NCBI GenBank assembly: GCA_035420085.1
Contig: DAOLUH010000022.1
Location: forward strand, 7,930-71,929
From: Anaerolineae bacterium
GTDB taxonomy: Bacteria; Chloroflexota; Anaerolineae; B4-G1; SLSP01
DNA: 64,000 nt
Direction: 5' to 3'
Position 1 is the first letter of the stretch; the number at the start of each line of letters is the position of its first letter. Shown piece by piece: positions 34,254-43,820 of the stretch. A model generated the notes under the pieces. The model was not told where the DNA came from and did no database searches. It saw only the letters and a list, made by a program, of their open reading frames with translations. The position numbers and the translations under genes are program-made.

Positions 34254-35746
34254 CATAAAGCGTGATACGTGGGCGCGAGGGCGGGATAGAGCGCGGCAAA
34301 TGTATCGGCGAGCGCCGCATAACGCGCAACATTCTCCGGGTTGGGCGTGACCACCTCATCGGCGTATCGCACGGCCTGGGCGGCCGCGTCTGCCACATCT
34401 GTGTAGACGCCGCTCCCCACCCCGGCCAGCAACGCCGCCCCCACCGCCGCCGCCTCGACCGTCCGCGTCTGGTACAGCGGGTGATTGAACATATCCGCCT
34501 GCAATTGCAGCCACAATGGATGCTGCGTCGCGCCGCCCGACGCGATGATGCGCTCCGGCGCTACGCCGAGATCGAGCATCAGCTCAAGCCCCTGGCGCAT
34601 CCCGAAGACAACGCCCTCCATCACCGCCCGCGCCATGTGCGCGCGCCCGTGGCGCAGCGTCAGCCCGACAAAGCTGCCGCGTGCGCGCGAATCCATGTGC
34701 GGCGTGCGCTCGCCCGCGAGATACGGCTGGAAGAACAATCCTTCCGCGCCGGGCGGGATAGTTGCCGCGGCGTCGGCTATCGCCTGGTATGAAAGACCGG
34801 ACATCACACTGTCGCGCAGCCACTTGAGCGCAAGCCCCGCCGCGAGCATCGCCGATTCGAGGTGCCACATATCTGGCATAGCGTGGCAGAAGCAATGCAG
34901 GCGCGCCTGTGGATCATAAGCCGGCTGCGCGCTGGGGGCGAAAAGCTGCCCGCCGGTGCCGATGGTGGATGAGAGCACGCCCGGGGCGACGACGCCGTGT
35001 CCCACAGCCTGCATCGCCTGATCGCTGCCGCCGTAGATGACGGGCGTGCCAGGACGCAGACCCGTCGCCGCCGCGATCTCCGGCAACAACCCGCCTGCCA
35101 CTGCCGCCGACCCGAACACGGGCGGGAGCACTCGCGCATCGAGCGCCAATGCAGCGAGCAGCGGCGCGCTCCAGCAACGATTCGCCGTGTCGAAGAGCAA
35201 CGTTGAGGAGGCGTCGCTTGGCTCCGCGCCGATCTCGCCGGTGAAACGGTAACGGACGTAATCTTTCGGCAACAACAAATACGTGGTTGCCGCAGCGACG
35301 TCGGCTGCATGCTCGCGCAGCCAGAGCCACGTCGCCAACATAAAGCCGGTTGCCAGCGGATTCGCCGTCCACGCGGCCAACTGTGCGCGCCCGATGCGCG
35401 CATACACCTCCGCCACCTGCGCCGCCGACCGCTGATCCGCCCAGATGATTGCCGGACGCAGCGCGCGCCCGTGTGCATCGAGGCATACCGTTCCGTGCAT
35501 CTGCCCGGAGAAACCGATAGCCTGCACCTGATCTGCCGGGATGTCTGCCGCGACCACGGCGCGACGCAGCGTGTCCAACGCCGCCTCCAGCCACGTCTCT
35601 GGGTTCTGCTCGGCCCACCCGGGGCGCGGCGTTTCCACGGCGTATTCGCGCGCTGCCATGCCTAACAGCGCACCATCCGGGCTGATCATCACTGTTTTGG
35701 CACTGGATGTTCCGATGTCAATGCCTATCAAAGTCGGGGTTGCCAT
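34250..35746 (-). CDS. xylB: Xylulokinase (FGGY carbohydrate kinase)
   Basis: LIGIDIGTSSAKTV, GWAEQNPETW and FGGY C-terminal motifs. 498 aa. Confidence 0.85.
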   Translation of the reverse strand: MATPTLIGIDIGTSSAKTVMISPDGALLGMAAREYAVETPRPGWAEQNPETWLEAALDTLRRAVVAADIPADQVQAIGFSGQMHGTVCLDAHGRALRPAIIWADQRSAAQVAEVYARIGRAQLAAWTANPLATGFMLATWLWLREHAADVAAATTYLLLPKDYVRYRFTGEIGAEPSDASSTLLFDTANRCWSAPLLAALALDARVLPPVFGSAAVAGGLLPEIAAATGLRPGTPVIYGGSDQAMQAVGHGVVAPGVLSSTIGTGGQLFAPSAQPAYDPQARLHCFCHAMPDMWHLESAMLAAGLALKWLRDSVMSGLSYQAIADAAATIPPGAEGLFFQPYLAGERTPHMDSRARGSFVGLTLRHGRAHMARAVMEGVVFGMRQGLELMLDLGVAPERIIASGGATQHPLWLQLQADMFNHPLYQTRTVEAAAVGAALLAGVGSGVYTDVADAAAQAVRYADEVVTPNPENVARYAALADTFAALYPALAPTYHALW

Positions 35747-35824
35747 TGTTCTGCACCTCCTTGAAGACCACCATCTGGACTATACTCCCTTTCCCGGCGC
35801 AGCGCAATCCCTACTCCCAACTCA

Positions 35825-35833
35825 TGCTATAAT
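35825..35833 (+). promoter_or_regulatory. Candidate extended -10 (TGCTATAAT) for the gene at 35875
   Basis: TGnTATAAT 42 nt upstream of the ATG. No clear -35. Confidence 0.3.
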
Positions 35834-35874
35834 ACACAGCACGTCAGCAGAAAAGAGAAACTGAGGAACGGAGT

Positions 35875-37254
35875 ATGACGTTCATAGACATTCGCGGTCA
35901 GCTTGTACGCGGTATCGCTGCCGCTAAGGCCGGGGATAAAGCAGAGGCCAAACGTTATCTGGAGCGCGTGCTGCTGGATAGCGCCGCAACGCACGACGAA
36001 AAAGCGCAGGCGCACATCTGGCTGACCGGCCTCACCGACGCCCCAGCGGAAAAGCGCGAACATCTGGAACACGCGCTGGCTCTTGATCCGACCAACGCCG
36101 GAGCGCGACGCGGCCTGGCGATCCTCGACGGGCGACTGAAAACCGAAGACATCATCAACCCGGACCGCCAGGCTGCCCCCCAACAACCCGAAACGCCGAA
36201 ACCGGTCGCTGCCCGGCGCTTCGTTTGCCCGCAGTGCGGCGGCGTGATGCAGTTCGAACCCGGCGGAAAGATGATCCGCTGCGCGCATTGCGGACATCGC
36301 CAGACGATCTTCACCGCGCTCAAGGATGGTCTGGCCGTGGAAGAACACGACTTCGCCGTCGCCCTCGCCACGACGAAAGGTCACGCGCTGCCGGCCGGGC
36401 TGCACAGCTTCCAATGCCAGGGCTGCCAGGCAAAGTTACTGCTCTCCGGGGGAATCTCGACGCAGTGTCCGTACTGTGGGTCCCCTCACGTCGTGCAAAT
36501 TGAAACGCAGGAGATGGTGCAGCCAGAGGGCATCATCCCCTTCGCCGTCACCGCAGAAGAAGCGGAGAAGACTTTCCACCGCTGGCTTGATAAAAACGTG
36601 CACAGCGATCAAATCCGCACGACCCGCGTGCGCGGCCTGTACCTGCCCGCGTGGACGTTCGATATCAGCGGGGAGATGCGCTGGCGCGGCACTGAACCGA
36701 GCAATAACCGATCTTCCAGGTCAGGCTTCGGTCTGACCATCAGCGAAGGCGGCATCGGTTTTGGCGCGACAGGGGGCGGCTATGGCGGATCGCAGAAGCG
36801 CATCCACGAAGGCAGTCACTATGTCCTCGAAGACGATATTCTTATCCCGGCGACGCACACCCTGCCCGAGGATTTGAGTGAGGTCTTCCACAAATTCCTG
36901 CTCAAAGAGGCCGTGCCTTACGATAGCGCCTACCTTGCCGACTGGCCCGCCGAAATCTACACCATTTCGACGTCGGATGCTTCCCTCACAGCCCGGCAGA
37001 TCGCGCTCAAAAAGGGGGAAAAGGCCGCGCGTATGCAGGCGACGGCCAGGGTTCCCAACATCCAGAACTTGCAGACATTTCCGACCAATATGTCGGCGCT
37101 CTCGTACAAACTGCTGCTGCTTCCCTTCTGGATTGCTAACTATCGCTACGAAGGGAAAATCTATACCGTTGCCATCAATGGGCAAACGAACAAAGTGTTT
37201 GGACAAAAACCGGCCGGCCTGCTCAAAAAGCTTTTCGGCAGCATCTTCGACTAG
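35875..37254 (+). CDS. Hypothetical protein: N-terminal TPR-like helix pair, two zinc-ribbon pairs, conserved C-terminal domain
   Basis: CPQCGG..CAHCGH and CQGCQA..CPYCGS. No catalytic motif recognised. Confidence 0.5.
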   Translation: MTFIDIRGQLVRGIAAAKAGDKAEAKRYLERVLLDSAATHDEKAQAHIWLTGLTDAPAEKREHLEHALALDPTNAGARRGLAILDGRLKTEDIINPDRQAAPQQPETPKPVAARRFVCPQCGGVMQFEPGGKMIRCAHCGHRQTIFTALKDGLAVEEHDFAVALATTKGHALPAGLHSFQCQGCQAKLLLSGGISTQCPYCGSPHVVQIETQEMVQPEGIIPFAVTAEEAEKTFHRWLDKNVHSDQIRTTRVRGLYLPAWTFDISGEMRWRGTEPSNNRSSRSGFGLTISEGGIGFGATGGGYGGSQKRIHEGSHYVLEDDILIPATHTLPEDLSEVFHKFLLKEAVPYDSAYLADWPAEIYTISTSDASLTARQIALKKGEKAARMQATARVPNIQNLQTFPTNMSALSYKLLLLPFWIANYRYEGKIYTVAINGQTNKVFGQKPAGLLKKLFGSIFD

Positions 37255-37318
37255 CATGACAACACAATTTACATTTCACGTTTCACGCTCTGCCCATCTT
37301 TTTCATTTGGAGGATTAA

Positions 37319-39106
37319 ATGACAACATCAAATAACGTTTCACGGCCTGAATATCCGCGCCCGCAGTTCCGGCGCGATCCGTGGATCAACCTCAATGGCC
37401 CGTGGACCTACGCCTTCGACTTCGGCAAATCGGGTATGCAGCACGGTTTTGCCAACAGCAACGGCTTCGACGGTGTGATCATGGTTCCGTTTTGTCCGGA
37501 GAGTCCACTGTCTGGCGTCAATTACAAAGATTTCATCGAGATGATGTGGTACCAACGCACCATCACCATTCCCGCCGCGTGGGCCGGCAAGCACGTGATT
37601 TTGCACTTTGGCGCGGTGGACTACGAGAGCGAGGTCTTCATTGACGGCGAATCCGTGGGACGGCACTGGGGCGGCACCGCCAGCTTCAGTTACGACATCA
37701 CGGCGCACGTCAAACCGGGCCATACGCACAACCTCGTCGTCTACGTGCGCGACGAAGTGCGCTCTGGCGTCCAGCCCAGCGGCAAGCAGTGTCCGGCCCT
37801 CAAGTCGTTCGGTTGTCTTTACACACGCACGACCGGCATCTGGCAGACGGTGTGGCTGGAGGCCGTGGCTGAGTGCGGTCTGCGCGACTGCCAGATTACG
37901 CCCGACGTGGACAACGCGCGATTTATCGTCACGCCGCGCTTTTACGCGCTCAAAGCCGGCTTGCGTCTCCGCGCGACGCTCAAGGCTGGCGACGCCGTCG
38001 TCAGCCAGGCCGAAAGCATCGCCGCCAATGGAACGCCGTTGATCCTGCCGGTCACGTCGCCAAAACTGTGGTCGCCCGTGTCGCCTTTCTTGTACGACCT
38101 GACGTTCGAGGTGCTTGACGGCGACGCCGTGGTGGATACGGTACAGAGCTACGCCGGTCTGCGCAAGGTTCACATCGAGGGTCATCGCATTTTCCTCAAC
38201 AACGAACCGTTCTACCTGCGGCTGGTGCTCGATCAGGGTTTCTACCCCGACGGCATCTGGACCGCGCCGACGGACGACGCGCTCAAGCGCGACATCGAAC
38301 TCTCGCTGGCGGCGGGCTTCAACGGCGCGCGCCTGCACCAGAAAGTGTTTGAGGAGCGCTTCCACTACTGGGCGGACAAACTCGGCTATCTCACCTGGGG
38401 CGAGTCGTCGAGTTGGGGCATTGACGTGAAGGATGTGGTCAGCGCGCGCAACTTCCTGGCGGAATGGCGCGAGATTGTGACGCGCGACCGCAACCACCCC
38501 TCCATCATCGCGTGGACGCCCTTCAACGAGACGCACGACACCGGCGACACACGCCAGCACTATCGCCTGCACCGCGACGCCGCACAGCTCACCCGCGACC
38601 TTGACCCGACGCGCCCGGTCAACGACGCCAGCGGTTACGTCCACGTGGATACCGACCTGTGGACGGTGCACACCTACCAGCAAGACCCGGCGCTCCTGCG
38701 CGACCAGCTCAAGCCGCATCCACAACACGGACCTTTCCGCAACTTCCCTGACCGGGAAGTCACCTATACCGGGCAACCCTATCTGGTAGATGAATACGGC
38801 GGCATCAAGTGGATTCCGCGCGATGACCTGGTCTACGCCGACGATTCGTGGGGTTACGGCAACGCGCCGCAAACCCTGGAGGAATTCTACACACGCCTGG
38901 AAGGACTGACTGACGTGCTCTTGAGCTACGAGCACATCGTCGGCTTCTGCTACACGCAGCTCACCGACGTCGAACAGGAACAGAACGGCATCTACAATTA
39001 CGACCGGACGGAAAAGTTTGATATGGCGCGCATCAAGCGCATTTTTGAGAAGGGTAAGCAAATAACGAGTAATCAGTCATCGGTGTATGGATACCAGCTA
39101 ACCTAG
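37319..39106 (+). CDS. Glycoside hydrolase family 2
   Basis: GGAGGA RBS. EYPRPQFRRDPWINLNGPW, GIWQTVWLE and NHPSIIAWTPFNE. Confidence 0.85.
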   Translation: MTTSNNVSRPEYPRPQFRRDPWINLNGPWTYAFDFGKSGMQHGFANSNGFDGVIMVPFCPESPLSGVNYKDFIEMMWYQRTITIPAAWAGKHVILHFGAVDYESEVFIDGESVGRHWGGTASFSYDITAHVKPGHTHNLVVYVRDEVRSGVQPSGKQCPALKSFGCLYTRTTGIWQTVWLEAVAECGLRDCQITPDVDNARFIVTPRFYALKAGLRLRATLKAGDAVVSQAESIAANGTPLILPVTSPKLWSPVSPFLYDLTFEVLDGDAVVDTVQSYAGLRKVHIEGHRIFLNNEPFYLRLVLDQGFYPDGIWTAPTDDALKRDIELSLAAGFNGARLHQKVFEERFHYWADKLGYLTWGESSSWGIDVKDVVSARNFLAEWREIVTRDRNHPSIIAWTPFNETHDTGDTRQHYRLHRDAAQLTRDLDPTRPVNDASGYVHVDTDLWTVHTYQQDPALLRDQLKPHPQHGPFRNFPDREVTYTGQPYLVDEYGGIKWIPRDDLVYADDSWGYGNAPQTLEEFYTRLEGLTDVLLSYEHIVGFCYTQLTDVEQEQNGIYNYDRTEKFDMARIKRIFEKGKQITSNQSSVYGYQLT

Positions 39107-39152
39107 CCATCACCGATTACCAATCACCACTCACCCATAAAGGAGGAAAACG

Positions 39153-39635
39153 ATGAACAGCGATCTGACCCTGATTATTGACATAACTGAGCGGGAATAC
39201 CATGGTATGTCGTTCAATGCGCCGCCGTTGCGGACAATGCTCAACAAGTTGACGTTGGAGGAGGTCACGTCAACCGACACTTACGAAGGGTACTCGGTAT
39301 GGGGTATCGTGCTGCACGTGCTCTTTTGGAAATACCAGTTGACGGCGTCGCTGGGTTTGTCGGATTTGCCGGACTATCCTTATCAAAAAGCGAACTGGCC
39401 TGCGCTCCCTGAAATCCTCTCCCAAGAAGCCTGGGAGGAAACGCTCACTGTGCTCGACGCATGCCACAACGCTTACGTGGCTGCATTGCGCACCCTTCCT
39501 GCCGGCAAACTGGATGAGAAATCGGAATTCAACTGCTCCTGGGCCGAGGCCATCGCCTGGATGAGCACACACGACACGTACCACATTGCCCAAATTCGCA
39601 ACATGGGCCTCAAACACTTCGCTGAGGGGGAATAA
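39153..39635 (+). CDS. DinB-family protein
   Basis: 160 aa, AGGAGG RBS. Four-helix DinB pattern with H..H (GIVLHVLFW, THDTYHIAQI). Confidence 0.7.
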   Translation: MNSDLTLIIDITEREYHGMSFNAPPLRTMLNKLTLEEVTSTDTYEGYSVWGIVLHVLFWKYQLTASLGLSDLPDYPYQKANWPALPEILSQEAWEETLTVLDACHNAYVAALRTLPAGKLDEKSEFNCSWAEAIAWMSTHDTYHIAQIRNMGLKHFAEGE

Positions 39636-39639
39636 GGTT

Positions 39640-40200
39640 GTGGAAAGCAAAATCCTCTACTTTGAAAAATCAGGGATAGCCAATACGGACGTCACACTGC
39701 GCCTTGCGCGCGAGCGCGCCGAAACGCTAGGTATCCGGCAGATTGTCGTCGCCTCATCCCACGGGTACACGGCCAAACGCGCCCACGCGATTTTCGCGGG
39801 ATTGGATGTACAGATCATCGCCGTCACCATCTGCGGCGGTTTCCAGAAGGAAGGCTGGGTGATGACACCCGACGAGCGCGCCGCACTGGAGGCCCTCGGC
39901 GTCACCGTGCTCACCTCGCTCCACGCGCTCGGCGACGACGTCAGCGACGCCTTCGCCGGTAATCCGCCCAACAAGATCGTCCGCGAGACACTGTATCGCT
40001 TCTGCCAGGGGATGAAGGTCGCCGTCGAGGTCGCGCTGATGGCGGCGGATGCTGATTTGCTGGACATGTCCCGCGAGATCATCGCCGTCGCGGGAACCGG
40101 CGAGGGCGCAGATACGGCGCTTGTCCTCAAACCCGCCTACGCGCGCAAGTTCAAGCAACTGGAAATCCGCGAGATTCTGGCAAAGCCCAGAGAAGCGTGA
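39640..40200 (+). CDS. Pyruvate kinase C-terminal (alpha/beta) domain-like protein of unknown function
   Basis: KILYFEKSGIANTDVTLRLARERAETLGIRQIVVASSHGYTA. GTG at 39640 avoids the 50-nt overlap implied by the TTG at 39586. Confidence 0.5.
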   Translation: MESKILYFEKSGIANTDVTLRLARERAETLGIRQIVVASSHGYTAKRAHAIFAGLDVQIIAVTICGGFQKEGWVMTPDERAALEALGVTVLTSLHALGDDVSDAFAGNPPNKIVRETLYRFCQGMKVAVEVALMAADADLLDMSREIIAVAGTGEGADTALVLKPAYARKFKQLEIREILAKPREA

Positions 40201-40205
40201 GAATT

Positions 40206-40264
40206 GGACAGGATGAACAGGATTTTTCATTGTCTCCATCCTGAAAATCCTGTTAATCCTGTCA
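40206..40264. repeat. 9-mer hairpin array GGACAGGAT/GAACAGGAT, loop, ATCCTGAAA/ATCCTGTTA/ATCCTGTCA
   Basis: Read directly. Lies between the stop at 40198-40200 and the ATG at 40274. Confidence 0.8.
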
Positions 40265-40273
40265 AAAAAAACG

Positions 40274-41491
40274 ATGAACATACAACAAGAAAGGGATTAC
40301 GTCCGCGAGTTAGCCCGGCATGTGGCGGAGATCGCCGCCAGCGACGAAAACGCCGCCATCCAACAACGCTGGCGCGACGTCAACGCGCTGCGTACACCCG
40401 ACCGCGCGCCAGTGTGGTGTCGCCCCGTCGGTGCATGGGACGAAATCCTGCCTGACGCTGCGCTGGAATGTACCGATCCCTGGCTACGAGACCTGGAACG
40501 CCACTTTCGCCAGATCCTCATCAAACACGACATCGCCGATGATAGCCCGATTTCGCCGAGCTTCGGCATCCACGCTCATTTCGACATCACACCAGCCAAT
40601 ATCTGGGGCGTAGACATCGCACACGAAGAGAGCGGCGTCGAAGGCGGCGCGTGGGGCTACGATCCCCCGCTCAAGACGGCGGCGGACTTCGACAAATTGA
40701 CGCTGCCCGTCTTCACCTACAACGCAGCGAAAACGCAAGCCGCCCTCGACCGCGCCCATGATCTGCTTGGCGACATCCTCGACGTGCGCCTCACCTGCGG
40801 CGCGCCCCTCGGCGCGACGTTGGGCACGCCCGCCGCCGACCTGCGCGGCCTCACGCAAATGATGCTCGACATGGTGGATGCGCCAGAGTTGATGCACCGG
40901 CTCATGGCCTACCTACGCGACGCCACCCTCGCCGCGATGGCCCAGGTCCGCGCGACGGGCCTGCTCACGCCCAATCCCTGCGATCCCATGACGTGCAGCG
41001 ACCCAATCGGCAAACCGGCGGCGGACGGCAGAATCGGCTACGAAAACCTGTGGATGATGGCGAATAGCCAGGAATTCGAGGGCGTCTCGCCACGGATGTG
41101 GCGCACGTTCTGCCTCGAATACCAGCGCCCAATCATCGAGCAATTCGGACTGAGCGCCTACGGCTGCTGCGAGAATCTCACGCATAAAATTGCGGGCGTA
41201 CTTGCACTGAAAAATTTGCGCATCTTCGTATGCAGCGCGTGGACGGATCTGGCGAAGGTGCAAGAGGCCGTGGGACAGAATTACGTCATTATGTGGCGGC
41301 AGAAGGCCAGCGACGTGGTCTTCCCAGACGACACTGCTGTCATCCGGCGCGACCTTGAGAACGGCGCGCGGCAGTTGCAAGGCTTCCATTACCAGATTGT
41401 GCTGCGCGAATTGCAGACCCTTGCCGGACACCCGCGCCGTCTGCACGACTGGACCCGCATCGCCAAAGAGATGGCCGCGAAGTATGCCTGA
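40274..41491 (+). CDS. Hypothetical protein, possibly a URO-D/MtaA-like TIM barrel
   Basis: 405-aa ORF with consistent codon bias. The C-terminal region pattern resembles URO-D-like proteins. Family call is weak. Confidence 0.45.
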   Translation: MNIQQERDYVRELARHVAEIAASDENAAIQQRWRDVNALRTPDRAPVWCRPVGAWDEILPDAALECTDPWLRDLERHFRQILIKHDIADDSPISPSFGIHAHFDITPANIWGVDIAHEESGVEGGAWGYDPPLKTAADFDKLTLPVFTYNAAKTQAALDRAHDLLGDILDVRLTCGAPLGATLGTPAADLRGLTQMMLDMVDAPELMHRLMAYLRDATLAAMAQVRATGLLTPNPCDPMTCSDPIGKPAADGRIGYENLWMMANSQEFEGVSPRMWRTFCLEYQRPIIEQFGLSAYGCCENLTHKIAGVLALKNLRIFVCSAWTDLAKVQEAVGQNYVIMWRQKASDVVFPDDTAVIRRDLENGARQLQGFHYQIVLRELQTLAGHPRRLHDWTRIAKEMAAKYA

Positions 41492-41559
41492 GTAGCGCAA
41501 CCGGGAATGACTATATGACTAACGACAACTAGACTTATTGGAAGGAATCTGAATATAGT

Positions 41560-42507
41560 ATGACGACGGGCTATGTATGTAACATCCAGCGGTTCTCCGT
41601 CCACGATGGGCCGGGGATCCGCACAACGGTCTTCCTCAAGGGCTGCACGCTGCGTTGCTTCTGGTGTCACAACCCCGAAAGCATCCGCCCCAAGCTGGAA
41701 ATCCAGTTCTTCCCCAACCGCTGTATCGGCTGCGGCGCGTGTGTGGAAGTGTGTCCCGAAGGCGCGCAGGCGTTTGACGAGAATGGCGCGCGCGTCTTCT
41801 ACCGCGAGAAGTGCATCGTGTGCGGGAAGTGCGTGGACGTCTGCTACGCCGAAGCCCTCGTCTTCAGCGGTAAAGCGATGACCGCCGAGGCCGTCGTGAA
41901 CGAAATCCTGCTCGACCGCGCGTTCTACGAGAACTCCGGCGGCGGCGTGACGCTCTCCGGCGGTGAACCGGCGCTGCAGGTCGAGTTCTCGCGGGAGATT
42001 CTGGAACGCTGCCGGGCGGCGGGTCTACACACCGCCATCGAGACCGCCGCCAACGTGCCGTGGGATAGCCTGGCGGCGCTCCTGCCGCTCACCGACCTGG
42101 TCATGATGGACATCAAACACATGGACTCCGACAAACATCACGGCGCTGTCGGCGCGCCCAACGCGCTGCTGCTGGCGAACGCGCGGCGCATCGTCGAAAG
42201 CGGCAAGCCCATCATCTTCCGCATCCCCGTCATTCCTACCGTCAACGATACGCCGGAAGAGGTCGCGGCCATCGCCGCCTACGTGCGCGAGTTGCGCGAC
42301 TTGCGCGCTGCACAGCACGACGGCGCGTCCGGCGACCCCGCGCCCATCACGCTTGAGCTGTTGCCGTTCCACCGTATGGCCGGGGACAAGTACAACAGCC
42401 TGGGACTGGTCTACCGCGCCGCCGACTTGACTCCGCCCACCAAAGAGCATATCGCGATGCTGGTAGAGGCGGCGCAGTCCCAGGGCATCCCCGTCCACGG
42501 CAGGTAA
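41560..42507 (+). CDS. Glycyl-radical-enzyme activating protein family radical SAM enzyme (two extra ferredoxin-type clusters)
   Basis: NIQRFSVHDGPGIRTTVFLKGCTLRCFWCHNPES (CX3CX2C). CIGCGACVEVCP and CIVCGKCVDVC. Confidence 0.85.
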   Translation: MTTGYVCNIQRFSVHDGPGIRTTVFLKGCTLRCFWCHNPESIRPKLEIQFFPNRCIGCGACVEVCPEGAQAFDENGARVFYREKCIVCGKCVDVCYAEALVFSGKAMTAEAVVNEILLDRAFYENSGGGVTLSGGEPALQVEFSREILERCRAAGLHTAIETAANVPWDSLAALLPLTDLVMMDIKHMDSDKHHGAVGAPNALLLANARRIVESGKPIIFRIPVIPTVNDTPEEVAAIAAYVRELRDLRAAQHDGASGDPAPITLELLPFHRMAGDKYNSLGLVYRAADLTPPTKEHIAMLVEAAQSQGIPVHGR

Positions 42508-42510
42508 TCC

Positions 42511-43722
42511 ATGCTCGACTTGCTCAAATTTGCCGTCATCCTCAGCGTGACGATCTTTCTGCTGACGCGCAAATGGGATCTCGGCCTCATCCTGCTGCTG
42601 GATACAGGATTGGCCGCGATCCTGTTCAGCTATCCCTTCCTGAGCCTGGTCCGGTCCATCTTTCGTGGATTGACCGCCAAAGACACCTGGAATCTCGCTG
42701 GGGCCGTCTTCCTGGTGTTGCTGCTGGCCGAATTGATGCGGCGCACGCACGCGATGGAACGCATGGTCGCCTCGCTGCAAGTTGTTGTGCCCGACAGTCG
42801 CGTCGTGCTGGCGCTCATGCCCACGATGATTGGGCTAATGCCGATGCTCGGCGGCGCAATGTTCTCCGCGCCGATGGTCAACGAGATCGGCACGCGGCTC
42901 GATCTGACGCCCAGCCGCAAAACGTACATCAATTACTGGTTCCGCCACTCGATGGAGTACGTCTTCCCGCTCTACTCCTCGCTGCTGATGGTGTCGGCGT
43001 TGCTCGGCGTTTCCGTGTACGCCTTCGTGCGCGCATCGTGGCCGCTCACCATCGCCGCAATGCTCGGCGGCGTAGTCTGGGGACTAGCAGGCATCCGCCA
43101 GGAGAAACACGAGGCCAACGGGCAGAACAAGCGCGCAGCGTGGCGCGCCTTACTCGGCAGTACGTGGCCGATGCTGTTGGTGATTACGGTTGTCGTCGTT
43201 TTACAGTTCAATATGCTCATCAGTCTGGCCGTCATCAGCGCGCTGTTTGCCATCGTCAAGCGCATCGGGCCAGACCAGTGGCGCGACGTGCTCGCGCGCA
43301 GTCTGCCGGTGCAGACGTTCTCATCCATCTTCGGCGTGATGATCTTCAAACAAGTGCTGCAAGACGTTGGCGCGGTCGAACAAATCCCGCAGGCGTTAGG
43401 GACACTTGGCCTGCCACCGCTGATCGTCGCCTTCGTCGTGCCGATGCTGGTGGGCCTGGTGACGGGAACCGCGCCCGCGGCGATGGCGTTGAGCCTGCCA
43501 TTGGTCGCGCCGCTGCTGACGGGGCTGCCCATTGAGGCCATGGCCTCCGGCGTGTGGATGTTCGTCGGCTGTTTCAGCGGCATTATGCTCTCACCGATGC
43601 ACCTGTGTCTGGCGCTCACCCACAACTACTTCGGCGCGAGTTGGGGCGCACTCTACAAGGCGCTGTTGCCCTCGGTCAGCGTCATCATCGCCACCGCCGT
43701 AGCTATCGTATTGCTGCGATGA
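42511..43722 (+). CDS. DUF401-family polytopic membrane protein (putative transporter)
   Basis: 403 aa, about 10 TM segments. Starts 3 nt after the activase stop. Confidence 0.55.
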   Translation: MLDLLKFAVILSVTIFLLTRKWDLGLILLLDTGLAAILFSYPFLSLVRSIFRGLTAKDTWNLAGAVFLVLLLAELMRRTHAMERMVASLQVVVPDSRVVLALMPTMIGLMPMLGGAMFSAPMVNEIGTRLDLTPSRKTYINYWFRHSMEYVFPLYSSLLMVSALLGVSVYAFVRASWPLTIAAMLGGVVWGLAGIRQEKHEANGQNKRAAWRALLGSTWPMLLVITVVVVLQFNMLISLAVISALFAIVKRIGPDQWRDVLARSLPVQTFSSIFGVMIFKQVLQDVGAVEQIPQALGTLGLPPLIVAFVVPMLVGLVTGTAPAAMALSLPLVAPLLTGLPIEAMASGVWMFVGCFSGIMLSPMHLCLALTHNYFGASWGALYKALLPSVSVIIATAVAIVLLR

Positions 43723-43771
43723 GTGAGTTTTTTGTCAACGGATTGAGCAGACTTGAACGGATTAGGAATTT

Positions 43772-43806
43772 GACTTTCGACGTTGGACTTTAGACTTTCG
43801 ACTTTC
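43772..43806. repeat. Heptamer array GACTTTC/GACGTTG/GACTTTA/GACTTTC/GACTTTC immediately upstream of the degV SD
   Basis: Read directly. Confidence 0.8.
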
Positions 43807-43820
43807 AAAAGGAGGGGACG

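Noticed and set aside
37340-39061. 573-aa ORF antisense to the GH2 gene
   Set aside because: It is Arg/Ala/Val/Gly-rich with no recognisable family, while the + strand protein has clear GH2 motifs. Long antisense ORFs are expected in high-GC DNA.
40274-41491. 405-aa protein as a short glycyl radical enzyme targeted by the adjacent activase
   Set aside because: It is about half the size of known GREs. I find no RVxG[FWY]-type glycyl loop near the C-terminus (the closest string is QLQGFHY) and no PFL-like motifs. It is kept as hypothetical/URO-D-like.
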